A stretch of 64,000 nt of DNA, from IMG/VR virus record IMGVR_UViG_3300011113_000640, positions 62,001 through 126,000 of that record. One strand, 5' to 3'. This document shows positions 56,752 through 64,000 of this stretch, piece after piece. The first letter of the stretch is position 1, and each line of letters begins with the position of its first letter. The position numbers were made by a program, and so were the translations under genes. A model generated the notes under the pieces. It saw only the letters and a list, made by a program, of their open reading frames with translations, was not told the origin of the DNA and did no database searches.

Positions 56752-57755
56752 CGCACTTGCACTCCCATTCTTTGCAACATAGCGTCAACTTCTGCATTGC
56801 CAGTGGATCGAGCTTGATTGGATTTAAATTTGTTGGTCACTGATTTGATAGGGTTTAGATTAACTCCGGCCTGTGTCAGAGCTTGCATAACAGCACCTTG
56901 CTGACTTTGAGCTTGACTGGCAGCAGATAGACTGCTTTGAGGTTCTTCATTTTTCAATGACTGACTGCGTGCTTGTACCCCTGCTATGGCCACTTGTAAG
57001 TACGCACGAATAGCTTCGTCGGCCTGTGGTGTGCCACGTGCTTTGACCACATCATTTAATTTTTTTTCCAATACGGCGGCAATGTTTGGCACGTGTTTTC
57101 TAACGTCGTTCATGGTGATAGCATTGTAACGGCTGTCTCTACTGGCCAGTTGCTGATCTGTCCAGTCTTGGAATGCCTTCTTATAATCCGCCGCATTCAT
57201 TTGTACTGCTTCCTGTAGTTTGCCCTGTTTTTTAAGTTGCGCCAAAATCTGTGCATCTTTGGGATTGTTGGGATCCAAAGGCTTTTGACGTTGTCCTGCA
57301 AAACTCACAGTAGTGCCAGGTTTGCCATAAGTCGGTCGTGCCTTGGAAGCGGTCGACGAGGCAGTTGATTGTGTAGCTGGTTGTGGTGAGGTTTGTTGAG
57401 CAACAGTTGTTACAGCCTGCGACGATGGTTGTGCCAGACTTGCCTGGCGTTGTTGTTGTTGAGTTTGGGCCATCTGCTTGCTCCAACCCTGCATGATCGA
57501 ATTTATATACTGGCCCACGGCTGGGTCCTTTTGCAAGGTCTGGTATTTGTCTGCCCAGTTGGATGAGGGCAAGGCTGACCCTCCTGGACCATAGCCTTGT
57601 TTGCTCAAAGCCGCTGCGCTTTTGGCCGCACTTTTGGCCGCACTGCCTGGGCTTTGTGGTAGGTCTGGACCACCTGCGGCTGAAACCAATCCACGCCCAA
57701 TGTCGCCTAGCAAGCCTTCTTGAACCGGACGTTGAGTTACTTCATAGATTTGCAT
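56748..57755 (-). CDS. Q/A-rich hypothetical (probably virion-internal) protein
   Basis: MQIYE...VQEG N-terminus; low-complexity linkers. Confidence 0.6.
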   Translation of the reverse strand: MQIYEVTQRPVQEGLLGDIGRGLVSAAGGPDLPQSPGSAAKSAAKSAAALSKQGYGPGGSALPSSNWADKYQTLQKDPAVGQYINSIMQGWSKQMAQTQQQQRQASLAQPSSQAVTTVAQQTSPQPATQSTASSTASKARPTYGKPGTTVSFAGQRQKPLDPNNPKDAQILAQLKKQGKLQEAVQMNAADYKKAFQDWTDQQLASRDSRYNAITMNDVRKHVPNIAAVLEKKLNDVVKARGTPQADEAIRAYLQVAIAGVQARSQSLKNEEPQSSLSAASQAQSQQGAVMQALTQAGVNLNPIKSVTNKFKSNQARSTGNAEVDAMLQRMGVQVR

Positions 57756-57990
57756 CAGTGCGCCTTACTGTGCGAGTAAATTTGCCAGGGTCACGCTGAT
57801 TGATAGCATTGAGCAGTTTGCGTTTTAAATTTTCAGCCTGTTCTTCAGGATAGGTTTCATCAATCTGCTCCATCAAACGTATGGCACTGGCAATCACGTT
57901 GCTGGCACGGTTTTCTATGACATGGCGCTGATCGCGCTCGATGTACATGGCATCTAATTCTTCTAGTAGACTTCTTGTTTTTTTCTGCAT
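57742..57990 (-). CDS. Hypothetical conserved phage protein
   Basis: 82 aa, TRSLLEEL...LLNAI...D..KF. Confidence 0.7.
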   Translation of the reverse strand: MQKKTRSLLEELDAMYIERDQRHVIENRASNVIASAIRLMEQIDETYPEEQAENLKRKLLNAINQRDPGKFTRTVRRTDANL

Positions 57991-58014
57991 TTTGGGCCAG
58001 GACCTTTTTATTAT

Positions 58015-59025
58015 TTATTGGTTTTGGCCACAGTTGTCATCACAAATAACCAAACGTCCTTGTTCATAGTTTGGTATTTTCCATGCTTTTTCAACAGATT
58101 TAAACCATTCTACACATTCTTGCAAAGGGTGTTCTAGGGCATTGTTTTTAACTATCAGTGGAATCAACTGTGCATTGGCCGCTTGATGGTATTGTCCGGC
58201 ACCATATGTCTTAGGATAAAAACCTGTGTAGCAACATGGGCTAACATCACCGGTGGCTGAAATATAAATGGATTTTAAATTCTTGGTTTCACAGCTAATA
58301 GATGTTGCAGGTACTTGATCAGCTGTGATATCCTCTAGCAAAACATGGTCTGTTTTTTTCTTGTGAAACAAAATCTCAAAATTACGTTCACCTGTGTAGT
58401 TGCCCATGACATGTACCAAATTGCCATGCTGATCAAACACCGGCGCAGTATCACGTCCGTCATTTTTTAATTTAAACTCTTTAAATCCTAGGTCTTGGCT
58501 TATTTTTTTGCAGGTATCAATTTGATGTCTATTGTGATCAAATGGAATCATACTCCAAATAGCATATCCGCCTGCACTGATAAATTCTTTGGCATTCTTG
58601 ATAACCGTGGACCATTGCGTGTTTTGTCGGTAAAGGTGATGTGTGTCCTTGAGCCCATCTAAACAAAATTGCACGGTAGCTGGTGTACGTGCCAGTCTAG
58701 TCCAAAAATCTTTGTTTCTAGCACCACCATTGGTACTGATAGTTACTGCAAGTTCTGGATTGTGAGAGAAAAAATAGTCTACTATTGCCGGCCCTTCGGA
58801 ATTCATAACGATGTCACCAAAATTGCCGTTGATACGAATACTGGTCAACTGTTGTAAAAACTCAGGGCGAAAGATATGTCGGGCTTGTGTTAAACTGAGA
58901 TTGGTTTCAGGGTACCCGCCGTTGTAGGGATACCCCCAGAATGTTCTAGGACACCAAGAACAACTGGCGTTGCAAAGGCTAGAGATTTCCAAATGAACAT
59001 CTCTTATGTCTTGATACGCAATCAC
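58015..59025 (-). CDS. Radical SAM protein with SPASM/twitch-like domain
   Basis: CNASCSWC, NGNFGD, STNGG, GDVSPCC, C-terminal CxxxC. Confidence 0.85.
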   Translation of the reverse strand: MIAYQDIRDVHLEISSLCNASCSWCPRTFWGYPYNGGYPETNLSLTQARHIFRPEFLQQLTSIRINGNFGDIVMNSEGPAIVDYFFSHNPELAVTISTNGGARNKDFWTRLARTPATVQFCLDGLKDTHHLYRQNTQWSTVIKNAKEFISAGGYAIWSMIPFDHNRHQIDTCKKISQDLGFKEFKLKNDGRDTAPVFDQHGNLVHVMGNYTGERNFEILFHKKKTDHVLLEDITADQVPATSISCETKNLKSIYISATGDVSPCCYTGFYPKTYGAGQYHQAANAQLIPLIVKNNALEHPLQECVEWFKSVEKAWKIPNYEQGRLVICDDNCGQNQ

Positions 59026-60419
59026 GTGGTTTTGATTTTGCCTAATAGTTGTTTGAGTTTGGCACTCTGCACATCTGCTGTGATTTTGCCAGACTCTACA
59101 ATTTCTTCTTCTACAGGTGTGGTCATACGGCTTTGTGTTCTAATACTGCTTAAAATATCAGGTTTCTTGAACGCATTGACTGGTCCAGCGTCTTCGCCTG
59201 GATCGGTGATACGCATGGTTTCAATGTTGTAATCCAAGTCAATCTTTTGTCCTACACCTGTACTGCTACGGCTCTTCATACACTGTATCTGATACTTGCC
59301 ACGTTCACGCATGGCTCTTGATGTAAAGATACCAAACACGTTGTCTGCTGTGTTGATCTTTGAGATACCACCCGATATATGGCTGTGATCGAATTCAATT
59401 TCCTCCACAGCACTTCTGTTCAACTGACTTGCTGTCACAAACAACACATTGAGTTCTTTGGCCAAGTTACGCAATTCTTCACTCACATATTTGTCTTTGA
59501 CAAACAAGTCATTTGGTGATACTTTGGCACTCACGGGCATCAGCAAGTCCAAGTAATCACACATGACGAAATCCACTTTCAATCCTGTTTGTACTTGGAC
59601 TTCTTTGATGTAGCTTCGTATATCATTGATGTTGCTCTGTGCCGGCAAGGCCTTGATACGATACTGTCCGGCTTTCTTGCTCACAAGTTTGACCTTGAGT
59701 TCGGTCTGATCAATGTCCTTGCGGATCTCCTTGGTGCTCATGCCTGCCAACATGGCATCGGTTCTCAACGCACAAAGTTCTTCACTAAGTTCTAAACTGA
59801 TATACACACCAGACAAGCCAGCCTGCAACCAGCTCAATGCTATGTTCATCATGACTAAGGATTTACCACTACCCGATCCACCTGCAAATATGTTCAATTC
59901 GCCGCGGCTGAATCCGCCATACAGGATCTTGTCCATCTGTGGCCATCCTGTGCTCACTTGTCCACCGCTGTTAAAGTATTTGTTGATCCTTGCTTTGGGA
60001 TCAGACCAGTAGTCTGTGCCCATGTCTTTGGTCAGACTGATCTGTACCGCATCCTTGATCAGTTTCTCCACAGGATCGTACTCGCCTTTTTCCAGCAAGT
60101 CTGCACTCTTTAGGATTGCACGTTCCAGTTCCTGGCGTCTAGTAAAGCCTTCAAACTCGTCCATGAACCACTCAAAGTGTCCGTCGTTCAAATCTGGAAT
60201 ATGATTCAGTTGCACACCTGTGCTGGCTGCGATCTGTTCCGTGGTGGGCAAGGTCTTATGATCGTCACTGTGTTTGGCAATAAACTCGGCCGCAGGTCGC
60301 AAACTTCTATCAAAGTTTTCGGGATTGTAGATGTTCTGCACACGCACATAACTTTCTGCGTCTTGCAACATCATTTCTAAGAATAGGCGTTGGACTTCAA
60401 GTCCGTAATCTTTTAACAA
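59022..60419 (-). CDS. Replicative DNA helicase (T4 gp41/DnaB-like)
   Basis: GGSGSGKS, SLELSE, DYLDLL, TASQLNR, KSR. Confidence 0.92.
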   Translation of the reverse strand: MLKDYGLEVQRLFLEMMLQDAESYVRVQNIYNPENFDRSLRPAAEFIAKHSDDHKTLPTTEQIAASTGVQLNHIPDLNDGHFEWFMDEFEGFTRRQELERAILKSADLLEKGEYDPVEKLIKDAVQISLTKDMGTDYWSDPKARINKYFNSGGQVSTGWPQMDKILYGGFSRGELNIFAGGSGSGKSLVMMNIALSWLQAGLSGVYISLELSEELCALRTDAMLAGMSTKEIRKDIDQTELKVKLVSKKAGQYRIKALPAQSNINDIRSYIKEVQVQTGLKVDFVMCDYLDLLMPVSAKVSPNDLFVKDKYVSEELRNLAKELNVLFVTASQLNRSAVEEIEFDHSHISGGISKINTADNVFGIFTSRAMRERGKYQIQCMKSRSSTGVGQKIDLDYNIETMRITDPGEDAGPVNAFKKPDILSSIRTQSRMTTPVEEEIVESGKITADVQSAKLKQLLGKIKTT

Positions 60420-61383
60420 GTTGTTTCTTCCTTAGTTCTATTTTAATTTTACTGGTTTCCTTGGCCTGCATGATAGTTATCAAAGTTGCTACCTTTCCCC
60501 AACGAATCACAGCATCGTTGACATCTTTTACATCCGCAGGCCATGTAGGCATGCTTACACTCCATCCAAGTTCCACAGCACGATCCACCAACTTCATACC
60601 TGCTTCGTCTTGATCTGGAACCACTATGACTTCACGATCTAAACTGCGAATTAGACGTACCTGGGAGTCATTGATCTCAGCATGCAACACAGCCAAGCCG
60701 CCGATGCTGAGTGCGTCAAACACACCTTCGACCACTAGAGCATAACGCCAGTCTGCCCCTTGCAGATCTGTGCCAAACACATAACCTGGTTGTGTGTCGT
60801 GGATATACTTGGGCTGACGATTGTCCAGCATCCTACTGCTGTAGCCTACCACGCGATTGTCATAGGTAAATGGAACTATGACCTGTGGACGTGTCCAATG
60901 CACACTGTCATTTTCCAACACAGTCATCACAGGATAGTCTTCGGGTATTGCACGGCCACGCAAGTAATCCCAGTGCGGACTATGTTTTGTGGTGACCAGT
61001 TCTGCAGCAGGTGGCAGGTCACGTTCTTCAAACTCTATGCCTTGCAAGGTGTTGCTTAACCTTTGACGATCTGTCAACAGACCTTCCATGCTACGATGGC
61101 GCAGGCTTTCAAGATTGATGCGTTCTATTTCTTCCGTGGGCACACCCAACCATGACATGAACTTGCGTGCTTTGAAACTGAGATTACGACCTATGATAAA
61201 GCTGGCAGTGTAACCACAATTGAAACAATGATAACTCCACCCTGCGTCAGAAGTTTTGATGCCGCCTCGGTTGCGACGGTCTCGACTTTCTCCCATGTGC
61301 TCACAACAGGGTGCATTAAAACTGATCCACCCCGAAGCACTGGGCTTGCGTCGTGCGGGTAAATAAGAAATCACATCAATCAT
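60397..61383 (-). CDS. DNA primase (T4 gp61-like)
   Basis: Zn-binding APCC/HCFNC; TOPRIM VEGVFDA, PDQDEAG, KDVND. Confidence 0.88.
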   Translation of the reverse strand: MIDVISYLPARRKPSASGWISFNAPCCEHMGESRDRRNRGGIKTSDAGWSYHCFNCGYTASFIIGRNLSFKARKFMSWLGVPTEEIERINLESLRHRSMEGLLTDRQRLSNTLQGIEFEERDLPPAAELVTTKHSPHWDYLRGRAIPEDYPVMTVLENDSVHWTRPQVIVPFTYDNRVVGYSSRMLDNRQPKYIHDTQPGYVFGTDLQGADWRYALVVEGVFDALSIGGLAVLHAEINDSQVRLIRSLDREVIVVPDQDEAGMKLVDRAVELGWSVSMPTWPADVKDVNDAVIRWGKVATLITIMQAKETSKIKIELRKKQLVKRLRT

Positions 61384-61428
61384 GTTGTTATTTTAACATG
61401 ATTTTTGGTCAACTGCAATGAATTTGGT

Positions 61429-62598
61429 TTATCTGTAAAGAAGGTCAAGCACATAACCTGTGCTGATTACCACAGCAGCACTGGACACTGATGGTGGAGT
61501 AGGACTGGTCACACTGGTTGAGCCTGCATTAGGCAGATACCAATAACCACTTCCACCATTGGTCACTGTGATACCTGTGACCACACCGCCCGAGATAGTG
61601 GCTTCTGCTGTGGCTCCAGCACCGCTGCCAATGATGTTGATCTTGGGAGGCGCCAAGTACCCGCTTCCGCCATTGACCACGTTGATTGCAGTGACCACAC
61701 CATCTTCGGTCACAGCCGTGGCCAGGGCAGGAGTGCCCGGTTGGTCGGGCACAGCAAAAATGCTGTTGTTGAAACACAATCTAATTATAGGATACCAGCC
61801 CACAATATTCATGTATATGGTGCCAGTTTTGTTGTAATAAGTCCAAGATAGCCCGGGGCCGTCTATGGTTTCGGTGGGCACATTGTAAAACAGGCTTTGG
61901 TAGTTTTCTGCGGCCTGCGCTTTGATTGTTCCTGTGTAACCGTCCAGGGTCATCTGCACCGTGGTAATGCCCTTGGTGGGTTCAATAAAACTGCTGAAGT
62001 ATTCGGTATTTAAGAAACTGTTGTAGTAATTTCCACCATTAGGGTTGCCAGAATAGTACGGATTAGAAGGCCATTGGGTCCATCCAATGCCATCTGGACT
62101 GCCTTGAGCACTGAGTTTGATGGTAGGTATGGTGAGTGGTGCACTGGGCACATACTGTGGTAAGATTGAATCCACAATGTTTACAGGGGCACGGGCACCG
62201 GCCTGCGCATCCACAAACACAGCTTCCACAAGGTTACCACTGCTGCGTTGTATGCTGTAGTTGGCCGGTTGTGCCAAGACTTCTAGCAGTTCTGCACTGG
62301 TCAAAGTTACCTTGGCGCGGCCGGTGGGAGCATTCAAGATCACCATGGGTTTTTCTATCAGCAATACATCACCTTCAGTGCTGATCACTCGGAACAGGAA
62401 CGTGCTACCTGTGATGTTCACAGGTTTTTCTTGCTGGTTGATAAACTCAAACAAGAGCACGTTATCAACACCTTTGTTTATGGTCAGGACTTTGGCGTAC
62501 ACAGGATCATACCTATAGATAAAAGTTTCGCCCGCGCCGGTGTCCATGAGCAAGACTCTGGTGATCTGCTGATAGATATAGGCTTGGGTGGAATACAT
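61429..62598 (-). CDS. Baseplate/tail structural protein
   Basis: BppU-like N-terminus; NGGSGY...GAGATA...NGGSGY repeats. Confidence 0.65.
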   Translation of the reverse strand: MYSTQAYIYQQITRVLLMDTGAGETFIYRYDPVYAKVLTINKGVDNVLLFEFINQQEKPVNITGSTFLFRVISTEGDVLLIEKPMVILNAPTGRAKVTLTSAELLEVLAQPANYSIQRSSGNLVEAVFVDAQAGARAPVNIVDSILPQYVPSAPLTIPTIKLSAQGSPDGIGWTQWPSNPYYSGNPNGGNYYNSFLNTEYFSSFIEPTKGITTVQMTLDGYTGTIKAQAAENYQSLFYNVPTETIDGPGLSWTYYNKTGTIYMNIVGWYPIIRLCFNNSIFAVPDQPGTPALATAVTEDGVVTAINVVNGGSGYLAPPKINIIGSGAGATAEATISGGVVTGITVTNGGSGYWYLPNAGSTSVTSPTPPSVSSAAVVISTGYVLDLLYR

Positions 62599-62658
62599 AC
62601 AGAGTATTTAGCAGGTTATGCTAGGGCTCAAAAACGGTCTGGTAAATATCCGTAACTT

Positions 62659-63036
62659 ATGAGCACTGAATTTTTTGCCCAACTAGCGGAAAAATATCCG
62701 TTTATCACCTTGTGTGTGTATGCTACCACGGAATATGTGGGCATCATACAGAATCAAGACGATGCTATAACCACCATCTATGATTTTGGAGCCATACAAG
62801 ATCTAGCAATCAAACGCAGATTTCTTGAGCTGGCCAACGTTTGGTGGTGGGAAAGCAATAGAACTGTGCCTATAAACATATTCTTGAAAGGTGAGTGGGA
62901 CGTGTTCCGCCCCTATCTGCGTACATTTACCAACAAGGACCTGGAAATCCTGCACGGGCCCATATGCAGTCTCAGTGAAATGAGCCGCAAAAAAAGCAAG
63001 AGAAAAAGTATTACCTTAGTTCGGCGTGTTGAGTAG
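62659..63036 (+). CDS. Hypothetical conserved phage protein
   Basis: YVGIIQN...WWWESNR..PINIFL; TAAATA at 62643. Confidence 0.7.
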   Translation: MSTEFFAQLAEKYPFITLCVYATTEYVGIIQNQDDAITTIYDFGAIQDLAIKRRFLELANVWWWESNRTVPINIFLKGEWDVFRPYLRTFTNKDLEILHGPICSLSEMSRKKSKRKSITLVRRVE

Positions 63037-63585
63037 ATTCATGTGCAGGGCTACCAAGGCCGCATAACTAATCGCATGTGATTTCTTGAACACAAATCCT
63101 CGGCTGTCATCACCGTCCCACACTGAGGTAAACACTTGCTCCCAAGGCAGATTCTGTAGGTGTGCTTTGCCGGGTCTAATAATAGATATGAAAGCTGCCA
63201 TCCTAGGGATGCTGTCAGGGCGCATGGTTTTTAACAGTTCTGTATAGTTGCCCACGTGCACCAGTTGGCCTGCCCAATCCGAGTCGGTCCGTAGTCGCGA
63301 CCAAGGTGGTTCCAGGGCCAACATCGCTTCATAGTGTGATGGACTCTTTATCAGTTGATACACACTCATGTTCAGCAGATCGATCTTGAAATAACCCAAC
63401 TGTTCGGCTGTTTCGTAGTCTATGGCCGCACAGGCATTAACAGGATCCTGGGGTATGTCTGTGACATATATGCCACTGTTGTGACGACGCACCTGTCCTT
63501 GATTGATTTGTCGTGCTGGAACAGATTGTATCAATCGCAACAACTGATCTCTGTCAGCCAAGTCGATGTCAATGTCTGCGCTCAT
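63016..63585 (-). CDS. Miniature DNA polymerase III alpha (DnaE)-like protein
   Basis: DIDID, HNSGIY, FKIDLL, IIRPG and FKKSHAISY, collinear with the C-family polymerase core. Confidence 0.75.
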   Translation of the reverse strand: MSADIDIDLADRDQLLRLIQSVPARQINQGQVRRHNSGIYVTDIPQDPVNACAAIDYETAEQLGYFKIDLLNMSVYQLIKSPSHYEAMLALEPPWSRLRTDSDWAGQLVHVGNYTELLKTMRPDSIPRMAAFISIIRPGKAHLQNLPWEQVFTSVWDGDDSRGFVFKKSHAISYAALVALHMNLLNTPN

Positions 63586-63998
63586 TTTGAATATTTCCGC
63601 AAAATCTGATCAAGTTTCATTGGTCCTAGGGCTTCTATTGTGTTAGAAAAAAAGTAATTGTAGTTGTGTTCGACAAGATCTCGAGCCTGAGCACTGACCA
63701 AAATTTCAGGATGTTGGGCCATCCAGTTGATGGCCTCTGCACACATGCGATATCTTGCTATATGATCTTTTTCGTAATTATATGATTGTAACTGTTCTGG
63801 CAACAAATTCCAAGCAGTTTTAAATCCTAATTGGTTATACAACACGTCGGTGTTGGCCCCAGCAATGGGCCAAGGTATAGATTTAGTGATTGCACATTTA
63901 AGCAGTTTTTCAGTGATCCAGACTTCGTCATTTAACCATGTGGTTTCAGGAAATATCACACAATGATATGCAAGATATTCATCAATGACAAAGAAGCC
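63582..63998 (-). CDS. Glycosyltransferase-like protein (TEK family paralogue 3), 5'-truncated
   Basis: Frame open to the window end; IFPET...WITEK...LGFKT. Confidence 0.5.
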   Translation of the reverse strand, partial: GFFVIDEYLAYHCVIFPETTWLNDEVWITEKLLKCAITKSIPWPIAGANTDVLYNQLGFKTAWNLLPEQLQSYNYEKDHIARYRMCAEAINWMAQHPEILVSAQARDLVEHNYNYFFSNTIEALGPMKLDQILRKYSK

Positions 63999-64000
63999 CG

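Noticed and set aside
1-64000. Alternative genetic code, tRNA/rRNA genes, introns or inteins
   Set aside because: Conserved genes (nrdA, nrdB, clpX, ligase, helicase) are full-length and uninterrupted in code 11, and all three stop codons are used. No tRNA cloverleaf was noticed by eye, but a tRNAscan run would be needed to exclude one.
1-64000. Bacterial chromosome origin suggested by clpX, iscU, rpsU and nrdAB
   Set aside because: These genes are stripped of their usual operon partners and interleaved with T4-like primase/helicase, PAAR and fibre genes under phage-type promoters.

Overview
This is a 64-kb, gene-dense segment of a large tailed dsDNA bacteriophage, a distant T4-like or jumbo myovirus. 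It uses the standard genetic code and is encoded mostly on the - strand. Virion genes include Gly/Asn/Thr-rich tail-fibre-like proteins, a LamG protein, a PAAR protein and an Mtd-N/beta-helix tailspike. Replication and nucleotide genes include primase, gp41-like helicase, ATP-dependent DNA ligase, class Ia NrdA/NrdB, glutaredoxin, a PD-(D/E)xK exonuclease and a 189-aa DnaE-like protein. The auxiliary set is large: ClpP, ClpX, ClpS, Hsp20, bS21, IscU, IscA, fatty-acid desaturase, UvsE, Bax inhibitor-1, amidinotransferase, 2OG-Fe oxygenase, two radical SAM proteins, a methyltransferase, an Asn-synthase-like ATPase and three glycosyltransferase-like paralogues. Two promoter classes are visible: sigma70-like early promoters (TTGACC/A-N17-TATAAT), some paired with a repeated palindrome, and a T4-late-like TAAATA often only 4-10 nt before the ATG. 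The most notable candidates are a PhaR-box-controlled phasin/GNAT/desaturase module, a ROSE-like thermometer on the phage Hsp20, a miniature C-family polymerase, an NTase-KWDG fusion protein and a dispersed amidino-sugar/glycan modification system. The host is probably a proteobacterium, possibly a betaproteobacterium (inference). All calls come from motif recognition by eye; no database searches were run.
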